A stretch of DNA of 64,000 bases from sequence record OZ336095.1. The stretch is one strand, 5' to 3'. A model generated the notes under the pieces. The model saw only the letters and a list, made by a program, of their open reading frames with translations, had not been told where the DNA came from and did not search any database. This document shows positions 39,830 to 48,504 of this stretch, one piece after another (positions within the stretch are counted from its first letter, which is position 1; every line of letters begins with the position of its first letter). Source of the stretch: a phage. Made by a program: the position numbers and the translations under genes.

Positions 39830-40213
39830 ATGGCATATCGTGCACCTAAATTCATCAACAAAGACAACTTTCGCAACGCACTGGAGAAGTCACTTGATGA
39901 GAATTTTAAAGGTAACATTATCGTTGTTCACGCATTCAATTTTAAGTATGATGTAAACGGGAATAGAATCAACCATTACACGGCAACCATGTTAGATGGT
40001 ACACTTTCAAGTGAAAAAGCCGTACTAAATGCACTGGCAGGACGTGGAAAGGTATTAGTAAGATGTGATAAGAGACGTTATCAGGGCGGCGCATATGGTT
40101 ATGATGATGCTGTTTACCATCTTGAAAATATGGGCTATCAAGTAGAAAAAGCTGGAGCATCACAAATCATCGGCAGCGATGGTTATGTAACTATCTTCAA
40201 AATTAACAAATAA
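39830..40213 (+). CDS. Hypothetical small protein (cassette ORF), 127 aa
   Basis: ATG directly after cassette RBS GGAG; ends KINK inside next cassette. Confidence 0.5.
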   Translation: MAYRAPKFINKDNFRNALEKSLDENFKGNIIVVHAFNFKYDVNGNRINHYTATMLDGTLSSEKAVLNALAGRGKVLVRCDKRRYQGGAYGYDDAVYHLENMGYQVEKAGASQIIGSDGYVTIFKINK

Positions 40214-40299
40214 AGTACTTTACAAGGGGCTTATAGTTCGATAAAGTAAGCCCCAGATAAAGAGCTTTACCACTAAATCCTAAATTGGAGAACTTAAAA
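40214..40299 (+). repeat. Cassette type 2 (agtactttaca + hairpin ggggcttat...ataagcccc + agataaagagctttaccac.aatcctaaa.tggaga + ATG)
   Basis: One of seven copies; hairpin arms covary between copies. Confidence 0.7.
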
Positions 40300-40593
40300 A
40301 TGGCTATTATCAAAAACGTTGTAATTACTGCAAAGACTCGTGATGACGCTCGCGTTATGGCTAAAAAGTTATGCGGGAAAGTGGTTGACAATGGAAAACA
40401 ATCCGCTGTAAGGTGGGGCGTGAAGGTTGATAAACAGTTGAAGTTAAAAAATTCACCGATAAACCTTTTTACATGTGTAAACACTATCGGGAAGACAAAT
40501 GTATACACGAAAAAGGCATACATTAGGCGCGTAGCATTAACATCCCCCATTCGTACAATGAGAAGTTATGCAAAGCTGAAAATTAACAAATAA
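40300..40593 (+). CDS. Hypothetical small basic protein (cassette ORF), 97 aa
   Basis: ATG at 40300 after cassette (track start 40285 lies in cassette). Confidence 0.45.
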   Translation: MAIIKNVVITAKTRDDARVMAKKLCGKVVDNGKQSAVRWGVKVDKQLKLKNSPINLFTCVNTIGKTNVYTKKAYIRRVALTSPIRTMRSYAKLKINK

Positions 40594-40678
40594 AGTACTT
40601 TACAGGGGGCTTAAAAGTTGATATCTTAAGCCCCAGATAAAGAGCTTTACCACTCAATCCTAAACTGGAGATTCTAAA
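40594..40678 (+). repeat. Cassette type 2 copy
   Basis: Hairpin variant gggggcttaa...ttaagcccc. Confidence 0.7.
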
Positions 40679-41191
40679 ATGAAAACTGTAGACGCTACCT
40701 TTGAAGTTGTAAAAGAAAAATTTTCCATCATCTACGAAGCGGTAAATTGCTACGAAGCAAGCCATAATCTCGATAATTGGGAGTTTACAAACGACCATCA
40801 AGGCGGTGTGACTGTTAAAAATCCTAACTGTCAGCATAATGATTTTAAATATGCAATCCCTTTGCATTACAGCCTTAAACAGCTTTCAAGTGACTATGCA
40901 AAACAAGGCCGGGAAAATCCATCAAAAGAGGCTTACGCAAGCTTACAAAAAGAACTAGAAAGAGATTTAGAGGCTTCAGAGTACAGCCTTGCCGCGAAAG
41001 TTGTGGATGCAAACGGTAACACGGTTTTAGAAAGTTTTTATCTTGGTTATGCTTTCGATTGGTGCTATCGTGACGGCGATGATTTAGAGGATAGACTAAA
41101 AGAAGAGGTGAACAATTCAGACGCAGAAACTGAAGTATTAGAACGTTTGGAATCGTTGAAAGATTCAGTGATGAATATCTTTAAGAACTAA
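40679..41191 (+). CDS. Hypothetical protein (cassette ORF), 170 aa
   Basis: ORF track; cassette upstream. Confidence 0.5.
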   Translation: MKTVDATFEVVKEKFSIIYEAVNCYEASHNLDNWEFTNDHQGGVTVKNPNCQHNDFKYAIPLHYSLKQLSSDYAKQGRENPSKEAYASLQKELERDLEASEYSLAAKVVDANGNTVLESFYLGYAFDWCYRDGDDLEDRLKEEVNNSDAETEVLERLESLKDSVMNIFKN

Positions 41192-41283
41192 ATAGATTTC
41201 TTTACACGGGGTTATCAAGCTGGTAGGATAGCCCCAGATAAAGAGATTTATCAAATAAAGCCCTTAAACTAGGAGATTCTAAA
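41192..41283 (+). repeat. Cassette type 2, diverged copy
   Basis: Hairpin ggggttatc...gatagcccc with compensatory changes. Confidence 0.6.
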
Positions 41284-41580
41284 ATGAAATTATCAAATCA
41301 AGTGCGTGAAAATCTGAGCAAATTACTCAACAAAATTGATTTCATTGAAACATCAAGGAATAGCCATGATGTTATGGAATGGTTACACGGCAAAATAAAA
41401 GGTCGTCGTGTAGTGATTTGCTTATGGAACAGTTGCAGGGAGTATAAAAAACCTGTATTACAAGTCAATATCTATGATGATACTTTTAAAAGTCCAGTAA
41501 AGTCTAAAAGCGATTTATTAGAATCTTATGAGATATCTGTAAATGGCAAAGTATCACGTAATGAGGTAACACCATGTTAA
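41284..41580 (+). CDS. Hypothetical protein (cassette ORF), 98 aa
   Basis: ORF track. Confidence 0.5.
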   Translation: MKLSNQVRENLSKLLNKIDFIETSRNSHDVMEWLHGKIKGRRVVICLWNSCREYKKPVLQVNIYDDTFKSPVKSKSDLLESYEISVNGKVSRNEVTPC

Positions 41581-41906
41581 TGACTGGTATCACTGCAATC
41601 ATTGCCATTTTCGCGCTATATAAGGCATATAAAGCCTATAATCTAGCAAATAAGGCAATCACACAGCAGGTTAGTAATAACCTTGTAGAAAGCTTTCTAG
41701 GGCGCCTCAGTGATGAGCAAATAAAGCGGCTAGAGATGAGCTTCAGATATAAAGCGAAAACCTATCAGATAAGTGACATCTTTAAAGATGATTTTCAGTT
41801 AGTTGATGATTATAATTCTCTGATAAATGCTTTAAACGTCAGTGACTTGAAAGACTATCACGCTGTAATTGTTCAAGAATTGAGCAAACGAAAACAAAAC
41901 TGTTGA
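41574..41906 (+). CDS. Hypothetical protein with N-terminal transmembrane helix, 110 aa
   Basis: MLMTGITAIIAIFALYKAY; start overlaps previous stop. Confidence 0.45.
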   Translation: MLMTGITAIIAIFALYKAYKAYNLANKAITQQVSNNLVESFLGRLSDEQIKRLEMSFRYKAKTYQISDIFKDDFQLVDDYNSLINALNVSDLKDYHAVIVQELSKRKQNC

Positions 41907-41935
41907 CACTGGTTTTCAGATAGATTAAATTACAC
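41907..41935 (+). promoter_or_regulatory. Sigma70-like promoter candidate
   Basis: TTGACA, 17 nt spacer, TAAATT; near-identical copy at 43521. Confidence 0.45.
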
Positions 41936-41939
41936 ACCA

Positions 41940-41994
41940 ACGGGGAGGGAATGACCTTCCCCACTAAATAAAGTCCTAAACTGGAGATTCAAAA
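41940..41994 (+). repeat. Cassette type 1 copy
   Basis: Same hairpin and leader as 39775..39829. Confidence 0.7.
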
Positions 41995-42153
41995 ATGTTT
42001 TTTGCAGGTGATAAAGTTGTCTGGAATGATATAGATGACGGTTTATGTACGAAAGTTGTTGTTATCTTAGAAATTGATTATATCACTGGTGTTGCAACTG
42101 TAGCAGATAATGATATAATCTTTGATGTCTTAATTAGTGAACTGTCAAAATAA
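41995..42153 (+). CDS. Hypothetical small protein, 52 aa (below ORF-track cutoff)
   Basis: ATG directly after cassette; MFFAGDKVVWNDIDDG...VADNDIIFDVLISELSK. Confidence 0.35.
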   Translation: MFFAGDKVVWNDIDDGLCTKVVVILEIDYITGVATVADNDIIFDVLISELSK

Positions 42154-42178
42154 AATCCTTAAACTAGGAGCTTTTAAA

Positions 42179-42451
42179 ATGTACACTACTAACAACGGTC
42201 GCACTTTAAACGTAACCCTTCGTCACTATGTGAACGGTGTAATGCACTTCGAGGATTTACAAGCCGAACAACATATCTTAGATTGGCAACTAGCAGGACT
42301 CCAAAAAACTGCTACCGGATACGGCAAAAAGATTCCAACTAGCTGGAAAGTACACTATGAAGGACGTTTGCGCAGAATTTACCAAGATGTATGCAGCAAT
42401 AGCGCATCTAGTTACATCATAGTAAAAGGTAAAAAGCTGCATTTAGTATAA
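42179..42451 (+). CDS. Hypothetical small protein, copy 1 (90 aa)
   Basis: ATG after AGGAG RBS (track start 42137 is GTG); MYTTNNGRTLNVTLRHYVNG... Confidence 0.45.
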   Translation: MYTTNNGRTLNVTLRHYVNGVMHFEDLQAEQHILDWQLAGLQKTATGYGKKIPTSWKVHYEGRLRRIYQDVCSNSASSYIIVKGKKLHLV

Positions 42452-42536
42452 AGTACTTTACAGGGGGCTTATAAGTCTGTACAGTAAGCTCCCGATAAAG
42501 AATTTTATCACTCAATCCTAAATTGGAGACTCTAAA
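42452..42536 (+). repeat. Cassette type 2 copy
   Basis: Identical to copy at 43027..43111. Confidence 0.7.
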
Positions 42537-42692
42537 ATGGCTATTAATAATCGTGAACTGGCTGTATTAAAAGCACGTTTGACCGTCAACCGCATCAACG
42601 TTATTACATCAGCAGCACCGGACGAAACATTACACACTGTAGCAGATAATGATATAATCTTTGATGTCTTAATTAGTGAACTGTCAAAATAA
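42537..42692 (+). CDS. Chimeric small ORF created at duplication junction (51 aa)
   Basis: N-terminus equals start of 43112 ORF (MAINNRELAVLKARL...), C-terminus equals end of 41995 ORF (...VADNDIIFDVLISELSK); in frame across junction at 42635/42636. Confidence 0.3.
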   Translation: MAINNRELAVLKARLTVNRINVITSAAPDETLHTVADNDIIFDVLISELSK

Positions 42693-42717
42693 AATCCTTA
42701 AACTAGGAGCTTTTAAA

Positions 42718-43026
42718 ATGTACACTACTAACAACGGTCGCACTTTAAACGTAACCCTTCGTCACTATGTGAACGGCACTTTAAACGTAACCCTTCGTCA
42801 CTATGTGAACGGTGTAATGCACTTCGAGGATTTACAAGCCGAACAACATATCTTAGATTGGCAACTAGCAGGACTCCAAAAAACTGCTACCGGATACGGC
42901 AAAAAGATTCCAACTAGCTGGAAAGTACACTATGAAGGACGTTTGCGCAGAATTTACCAAGATGTATGCAGCAATAGCGCATCTAGTTACATCATAGTAA
43001 AAGGTAAAAAGCTGCATTTAGTATAA
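42718..43026 (+). CDS. Hypothetical small protein, copy 2 with 12-aa internal duplication (102 aa)
   Basis: Same as 42179..42451 plus duplicated TLNVTLRHYVNG. Confidence 0.45.
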   Translation: MYTTNNGRTLNVTLRHYVNGTLNVTLRHYVNGVMHFEDLQAEQHILDWQLAGLQKTATGYGKKIPTSWKVHYEGRLRRIYQDVCSNSASSYIIVKGKKLHLV

Positions 43027-43111
43027 AGTACTTTACAGGGGGCTTATAAGTCTGTACAGTAAGCTCCCGATAAAGAATTTTATCACTCAATCCTAAATTG
43101 GAGACTCTAAA
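43027..43111 (+). repeat. Cassette type 2 copy
   Basis: As above. Confidence 0.7.
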
Positions 43112-43516
43112 ATGGCTATTAATAATCGTGAACTGGCTGTATTAAAAGCACGTTTGACCGTCAACCGCATCAACGTTATTACATCAGCAGCACCGGACGA
43201 AACATTACACAACATTATCGGGAAGATTCAAGGCGTTATCTTAGACGTTGAAAATGTAAAAAACTCATTAGCCGACGTTGCAGCAGGTATCACACTAGAT
43301 GGCGCACAATATGAAATGTCCGACATGTTAGGTAAATCAAAGGTAATGAATAAAGAGATTGATTTAAAAATGTTTAGATTTGCCGTGAAAGTGTGGCTAT
43401 CTGTTGAGTATGACGCTAATTTTGCAATCGCTGATTTCTTTGCCACATGGTTGCAACGTAATTTGGCGAGTCATGACTTCCGTGACATCTGCGATGCAAT
43501 TTACGCAGAACTCTAA
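43112..43516 (+). CDS. Hypothetical protein (cassette ORF), 134 aa
   Basis: ORF track. Confidence 0.5.
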   Translation: MAINNRELAVLKARLTVNRINVITSAAPDETLHNIIGKIQGVILDVENVKNSLADVAAGITLDGAQYEMSDMLGKSKVMNKEIDLKMFRFAVKVWLSVEYDANFAIADFFATWLQRNLASHDFRDICDAIYAEL

Positions 43517-43520
43517 AAAT

Positions 43521-43549
43521 TTTATTGACACTGATTTTTAGATAGATTA
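43521..43549 (+). promoter_or_regulatory. Sigma70-like promoter candidate
   Basis: TTGACA, 17 nt spacer, TAAATT. Confidence 0.45.
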
Positions 43550-43561
43550 AATTACTCATCA

Positions 43562-43617
43562 ACGGGGAGGGAATAACCTTCCCACTAAGTAAAGTCCTTA
43601 AACTAGGAGATTCAAAA
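43562..43617 (+). repeat. Cassette type 1 copy
   Basis: Slightly diverged hairpin. Confidence 0.65.
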
Positions 43618-43866
43618 ATGATGAATTTTTTAAATATCCCTGATACTTGCCGACTGTTGACGCAACCAGAAAATTTAGGCAAACCTTTCCTGTACCATAT
43701 GCCAGACAATACACCAAAAACATATAGCTACACGGTTAACCGCTTTACGGGTTACGCTGCAAAAAACGGTTACAAGGTTACTACTCAAAAAGTAACACTA
43801 TTTACAAATATCGAAGAGCTTCCAACAATCGCTGTAAAACTAATATTTACGAAGAAGACGCAATAA
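43618..43866 (+). CDS. Hypothetical protein (cassette ORF), 82 aa
   Basis: ORF track. Confidence 0.45.
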   Translation: MMNFLNIPDTCRLLTQPENLGKPFLYHMPDNTPKTYSYTVNRFTGYAAKNGYKVTTQKVTLFTNIEELPTIAVKLIFTKKTQ

Positions 43867-43951
43867 AGTACTTTACAGGGGGCTTAAAAGTTGATATCTT
43901 AAGCCCCAGATAAAGAGCTTTACCACTAAATCCTAAACTGGAGATTCTAAA
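43867..43951 (+). repeat. Cassette type 2 copy
   Basis: As above. Confidence 0.7.
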
Positions 43952-44155
43952 ATGACTATTATTAACGGCGTATCTATCGAGACTGTACATATCAAAGACA
44001 TTAAAGTTGGTGATGTAGTCCTTTCCCACGGCGTAGAGAAAACTGTCACTGCAAAGGATATCAAAGATGATTCTTTCATGGGTAGAACTCTCTTCGGTGA
44101 TTCTTATTGCTTAGGTTATCTTGCAGTTTTAAAAGTTGTAAAAAATAACAAATAA
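43952..44155 (+). CDS. Hypothetical protein (cassette ORF), 67 aa
   Basis: ORF track. Confidence 0.45.
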   Translation: MTIINGVSIETVHIKDIKVGDVVLSHGVEKTVTAKDIKDDSFMGRTLFGDSYCLGYLAVLKVVKNNK

Positions 44156-44240
44156 AGTACTTTACAAGGGGCTTATAGTTCGATAAAGTAAGCCCCAGAT
44201 AAAGAGCTTTACCAATCAATCCTAAACTGGAGATTCTAAA
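44156..44240 (+). repeat. Cassette type 2 copy
   Basis: As above. Confidence 0.7.
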
Positions 44241-44783
44241 ATGAAATGTTTTCACGGTACTACTCAAGAAAATTTCCTCAACCTGATTAATAACGGTAAC
44301 AAGCCATCAGGTGCATGGAATTGTTCGGATATGGACGGCAATTTTTACGTGTATCCAGAAAATAAAATCTATGGCGACGATGAGGAAGAGATAACATCGG
44401 AGGGCATTCAGCAAGCTCTAGGCAATGCCACTATCACCGCAGCTTTTCAGATGAAGACTCAAAATATTGTTATCTTAGAACTCGATATTCCAGAGGATGA
44501 GCTAAATGATGATTATTCTTGTGATAATATGTCTGGCGTAGCAAGTTTTACAGAATACTTCGATTTAAATTGGATTAAAAAGGTTTACGTAACCGAGTTT
44601 AATGCGATGTTTTCACCTTTTTGTCTTCCTTCACTGGATAACCCAAATATGAACTATCTTGATGAGACATTAGAACTACTTGCTAAAAGTGTTCAACAAT
44701 CGGACAGTATTCAGGTTTTTTGTGACATCATGGATACACTGACAGAAAACATCGCAGAAGAGGATTTAAAGAGCTTTTTCTAA
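44241..44783 (+). CDS. Hypothetical acidic protein (cassette ORF), 180 aa
   Basis: ORF track. Confidence 0.5.
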   Translation: MKCFHGTTQENFLNLINNGNKPSGAWNCSDMDGNFYVYPENKIYGDDEEEITSEGIQQALGNATITAAFQMKTQNIVILELDIPEDELNDDYSCDNMSGVASFTEYFDLNWIKKVYVTEFNAMFSPFCLPSLDNPNMNYLDETLELLAKSVQQSDSIQVFCDIMDTLTENIAEEDLKSFF

Positions 44784-44848
44784 AACCTATACAATCACCT
44801 TATAAACACTGATTAGCCCCTCACAGGGGCTTTTAGAGGGCTTAAATC

Positions 44849-45082
44849 ATGCTTACAACCGTTTATCTCATCCTTTCTATTTGTAATGGCCATTCATGTG
44901 ACTTTAAAGGGCTTGAGGAGTTTACAGGGAGTAAAGAAAATGCTGTTCAAGTGTGCCAGATAGCAAGGCAAGACTACCCCGCCAGTGATGATATACAATG
45001 TTACTTTAAGACAGAAGATGAAGACGGTATCTATTTTGACAGCGTAGATGGTCAGTATGAAATTATCATTGAAAAAGACTAG
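44849..45082 (+). CDS. Hypothetical protein, 77 aa
   Basis: ORF track. Confidence 0.45.
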   Translation: MLTTVYLILSICNGHSCDFKGLEEFTGSKENAVQVCQIARQDYPASDDIQCYFKTEDEDGIYFDSVDGQYEIIIEKD

Positions 45083-45116
45083 ACAAGCCTGATAAAAATC
45101 TGTAAATTGTCAATAA

Positions 45117-45172
45117 ACGGGGAGGGAATGACCTTCCCCACTAAATAAAGTCCTAAACTGGAGATTCTAAAA
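45117..45172 (+). repeat. Cassette type 1 copy
   Basis: As above. Confidence 0.7.
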
Positions 45173-45514
45173 ATGGCTTATGTAACTGTAATTACCAATA
45201 AAGAAAATTCATCTTGGTCAACTCAAGTCAGTGATAAGATGTCACCTATGCAGTGCCTAAAATACTTTGAGCAGTGGAACAAAGGCGAGGGTGTCAGCCC
45301 CTTTCAAGTGATGCAAATCATCCATACGGATAACGAAGGGAACAAAACGACACTTAATAGCGAATATTACGCAAATCGTTTTGAGAGTCGAGTTGAAACG
45401 ATGAAGGGGCTACGTGAGGCCGGATATGGGCACATTGCCGCCCTGTTATGGGATAACCTACTAAAAAACCAACGTATCAGCTATGTAAAACCTGAAAAAA
45501 TATTCATCAGTTAA
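45173..45514 (+). CDS. Hypothetical protein (cassette ORF), 113 aa
   Basis: ORF track. Confidence 0.5.
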   Translation: MAYVTVITNKENSSWSTQVSDKMSPMQCLKYFEQWNKGEGVSPFQVMQIIHTDNEGNKTTLNSEYYANRFESRVETMKGLREAGYGHIAALLWDNLLKNQRISYVKPEKIFIS

Positions 45515-45711
45515 TCAATAACTTACAAAAAACTTTTAAAAAAGTGTTGACAATACCCATTGACATTGGTAACTTTGTTCGAGGGGGTTATCTAAAAGGG
45601 ATTCACTTAACAGATTCTTTATATATAAACTTAAAAATTGCTTGCAATCACTTTCTAAAAGCCCTATAGTATCTATCAAGCAAAACAACTTCCTAAACTG
45701 GAGAAATCAAG

Positions 45712-46239
45712 ATGAATAAGTTCACAGCAATCAATACTATTCGCTCAAAAGACGTAATGAAAAAGCCTGTCAAGGATACTTTCGAATTTACCCTGAAAGA
45801 TAAAACTTTTGCAGTTATCACGAAAGGGGAAGATAAGAAATATTACATACATCGCCCAAATCAGCAAATGATAACAGCTAACAGCTTTATGAAGGCCGTA
45901 GCGGTTATCCTGCCGGATTATATGGCTATCGTCGCAGAAATTCACGAAATGGCTATCAAGGCGACTAAAAACGAGCTAAACCAATACAAAATGGCTTATG
46001 AACGCTCTATAAAGTCTCATAACCTTTTTATTGCAATTTTCTACACTGGCGTGTCTGCTACTGGTACAGGCAATCAACAACACCCAATCTATGAAGTTGA
46101 AAAACTGTTTACAAGTGAATACAAAACAGATATTTTTAAAGTAACGTTAGGCAAGGCATTAACAGACTTAATCAAGCTTTACGAAAAATCTTTAAAAAAT
46201 TTAGAAAATGCACTTGACGAAACGTTATCAAATCTTTAA
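45712..46239 (+). CDS. Hypothetical protein, 175 aa
   Basis: ORF track; GGAG RBS. Confidence 0.5.
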   Translation: MNKFTAINTIRSKDVMKKPVKDTFEFTLKDKTFAVITKGEDKKYYIHRPNQQMITANSFMKAVAVILPDYMAIVAEIHEMAIKATKNELNQYKMAYERSIKSHNLFIAIFYTGVSATGTGNQQHPIYEVEKLFTSEYKTDIFKVTLGKALTDLIKLYEKSLKNLENALDETLSNL

Positions 46240-46250
46240 AGTATCTATCA

Positions 46251-46305
46251 AGGGGAAGAAATCACTTCCCCACTAAATAAAGTCCTTAAACTAGGGGTTA
46301 TCAAG
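46251..46305 (+). repeat. Cassette type 1 copy (diverged)
   Basis: ggggaagaaatcacttcccc hairpin plus conserved leader. Confidence 0.6.
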
Positions 46306-46569
46306 ATGGAAAACGTAGAATTAACCACACTATTGCAGATTGCAACTGACAAAGAAGATGTAGCACTGTTTCACCGTATCGAAAGCGATTTATTCAATGG
46401 TGAAATCATCAAAGAATCTTACGAAGTTGTCGGATTCAAAGATGGTAAAGCATTTGGATTCTTTGACCTCGACAAAGGCAACGCTGTTACAAAGTACGAT
46501 GTTTTGTCTTGTGAGATTCTTACAAAATACAACGAAAAAAGGCTTGCAACATACGCCAATATGCAGTAA
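46306..46569 (+). CDS. Hypothetical protein (cassette ORF), 87 aa
   Basis: ORF track. Confidence 0.45.
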   Translation: MENVELTTLLQIATDKEDVALFHRIESDLFNGEIIKESYEVVGFKDGKAFGFFDLDKGNAVTKYDVLSCEILTKYNEKRLATYANMQ

Positions 46570-46580
46570 ATTACTAATTA

Positions 46581-46633
46581 ACGGGGGATGACCTCCCCCA
46601 CTAAGTAAAGTCCTAAACTGGAGAATCTAAATT
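46581..46633 (+). repeat. Cassette type 1 copy (diverged)
   Basis: gggggatgacctccccc hairpin plus conserved leader. Confidence 0.6.
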
Positions 46634-46882
46634 ATGTCAACTATCCGCGTAACTGTTAATGCTTATGGCTGCCACGAACTTGATGCAAAATTCGATATCG
46701 GTGGAACAAATAACACCTTTGACCTTATCAAAATGCTGATTCAGCAGGTGCTACCAGATTATAACCCTACCGATGACTTTTGGAAGGACGCTGTAAAAGA
46801 AGCCATAAACGAGGAATATCACTACCACTACTGGGGAGAAAAAATTGTCTCCCTGTACTACAACAAGCAAGATTATAACTAA
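46634..46882 (+). CDS. Hypothetical protein (cassette ORF), 82 aa
   Basis: ORF track; last plus-strand gene before the repeat region. Confidence 0.45.
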   Translation: MSTIRVTVNAYGCHELDAKFDIGGTNNTFDLIKMLIQQVLPDYNPTDDFWKDAVKEAINEEYHYHYWGEKIVSLYYNKQDYN

Positions 46883-46920
46883 TCGACGCAGCGGGGCTAT
46901 TTAGCCCCAGATACCTTGAC

Positions 46921-46946
46921 AGCCCCTATTTAAAGGGGCTTTTTTA
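46921..46946 (+). terminator. Rho-independent terminator
   Basis: agcccct...aggggct hairpin followed by TTTTTT; second hairpin ggggctatttagcccc just upstream. Confidence 0.6.
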
Positions 46947-46950
46947 CGTC

Positions 46951-48504
46951 TATCCAATCCTTATACAATCCCTTTCCTTTCCTTTCCAGAATCTTACTAG
47001 ACCTTAAAAGCAATAACTCTATAGTCTACTCTATAACCTCTTATCAAATCAACTTAAATAAAAGCCAATAACCCCAGAAAGGGGATGGCCCATTTAAACG
47101 CTCTATAAAGCTCTATAACATCCTTATCAACCTAACTTAAGGGATTGCATTAACTCACCCTAAAAAGCCCTTTATAAAGCTTCCTAGAGACTTAAAAGAA
47201 TCTTATAAGGGTGTAAGCTTTATCGTCTCGTTAGTATTCTTGTGAATAACTAAACAACCCCTTGATAGTCACTAAAAAGTATGTTATAGGGGCTATAAAG
47301 TAGCTTAAAAGTTGCTTAAAAGTTACGTAAATGCTAGCCCCCTTAACATTTTCTTAACAATTTCTTAACAATCCCTACATAGTTATGCTTGTTAGAGACT
47401 TGTTAGCCCCTTGTTAAATCTCTGTTAAGACCACGTAAAAACCTTGTAAGAGTCTTTGACATAGCCTTAAAAGCTCCTGTAAAGCCCTATAAAGAGCTAT
47501 CCATACAGTTGAGGGGTAGATACTAGGAAGAGGCTTAAAAGAACTTATAAGGGGCTATAGAGAGCTTTTAAGAGGCATGTTTAGAGAATCACTAAGAGAG
47601 AAAGGGAACGATAAGAAAAGAGATAGTGACCATGTTAATAGCTTGTTAAAAAGATTAAACACTTGTTAGGAACTTGTTAATTATCCCTACAAAATAACTC
47701 TTTAAAATTAACTTGTTAGCTCTTGTTAGTCATCTGTTAAGATTCTGTAAAGTCTATGTATCAACTGTTAAGAAACTGTTACATCCCTGTTAGTTCTGTT
47801 AAGAGTCTATTAAGACCTTTGAAGAGTTGTTAAGAGCTTGAGAGAGTTGTTAAGAGATTGTTAAGGATATTTTAAAATTTTGCAAAGTACTTGTAAGGGA
47901 GTTGTTAAGGGTTACCAAGCAGATATACATCCTCAACAGATATTTTTGAGTTCCTTCAAAGACCCTAAAAAATGACTTGATAGCCCTATTTTATAAAAAT
48001 TTTAAAATTCTGAATAATTACCTAGACAGTCTTTTAAAAATACAGGCATAAACAGGCTTATAAGATACCTTGTTAGTACCGTGTTAGACCTTGTGAGATA
48101 AGGTCTGTAAAGATATTCCTGTTAAGTTTGTTAAAACAGTCTATATAGAGGCTTAGTAGCTCCTAGTGAACACCTATAGAGGGTATCATAGCTGACATAG
48201 AGATTAAGAGGTGTATAGGAGCTTCTAAGAGGGTGTAGAGAGATGGTTAAGGTGATTGTATAGGTTGTTAAGAAGGCTTGTTAGAGGGCTTGTTAGAAGG
48301 GTTATACAGAGGGGCTATTAAGACCACTAGATAGTTACTAAGACACTATATAGTACTATATAACTATATAGAGAGTAAGATTAAGAAGGTTGTTAAGAAG
48401 GATAGATATTTTATTCACATATGATGGTGACCCAGAGGTTGGGACAACCGATAAAATTTTATAAAAATTAAAAAGCCCCCGATTAAGGAGGCTCTTAAGA
48501 TATT
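46951..48504. repeat. 1.6 kb ORF-free region dense in short repeats
   Basis: No ORF of 60 aa or more on either strand; more than 25 copies of YTGTTAAG/YTGTTAG (some as CTTAACAA) and many CTTAAAAG/CTATAAAG/CTTATAAG units. Confidence 0.85.

Larger units (their letters stand above)
42094..43201. repeat. Tandem duplication (two copies of about 540-566 bp)
   Basis: 42094..42635 repeats at 42636..43201; copy 2 has an extra 36-bp internal direct repeat. Confidence 0.85.

Noticed and set aside
46951-48504. Possibility that the repeat-dense region encodes many very small proteins
   Set aside because: Stop codons (TAA/TAG from the TTAAG/TTAG repeat cores) occur every few codons in all six frames and no RBS-ATG pairs are evident
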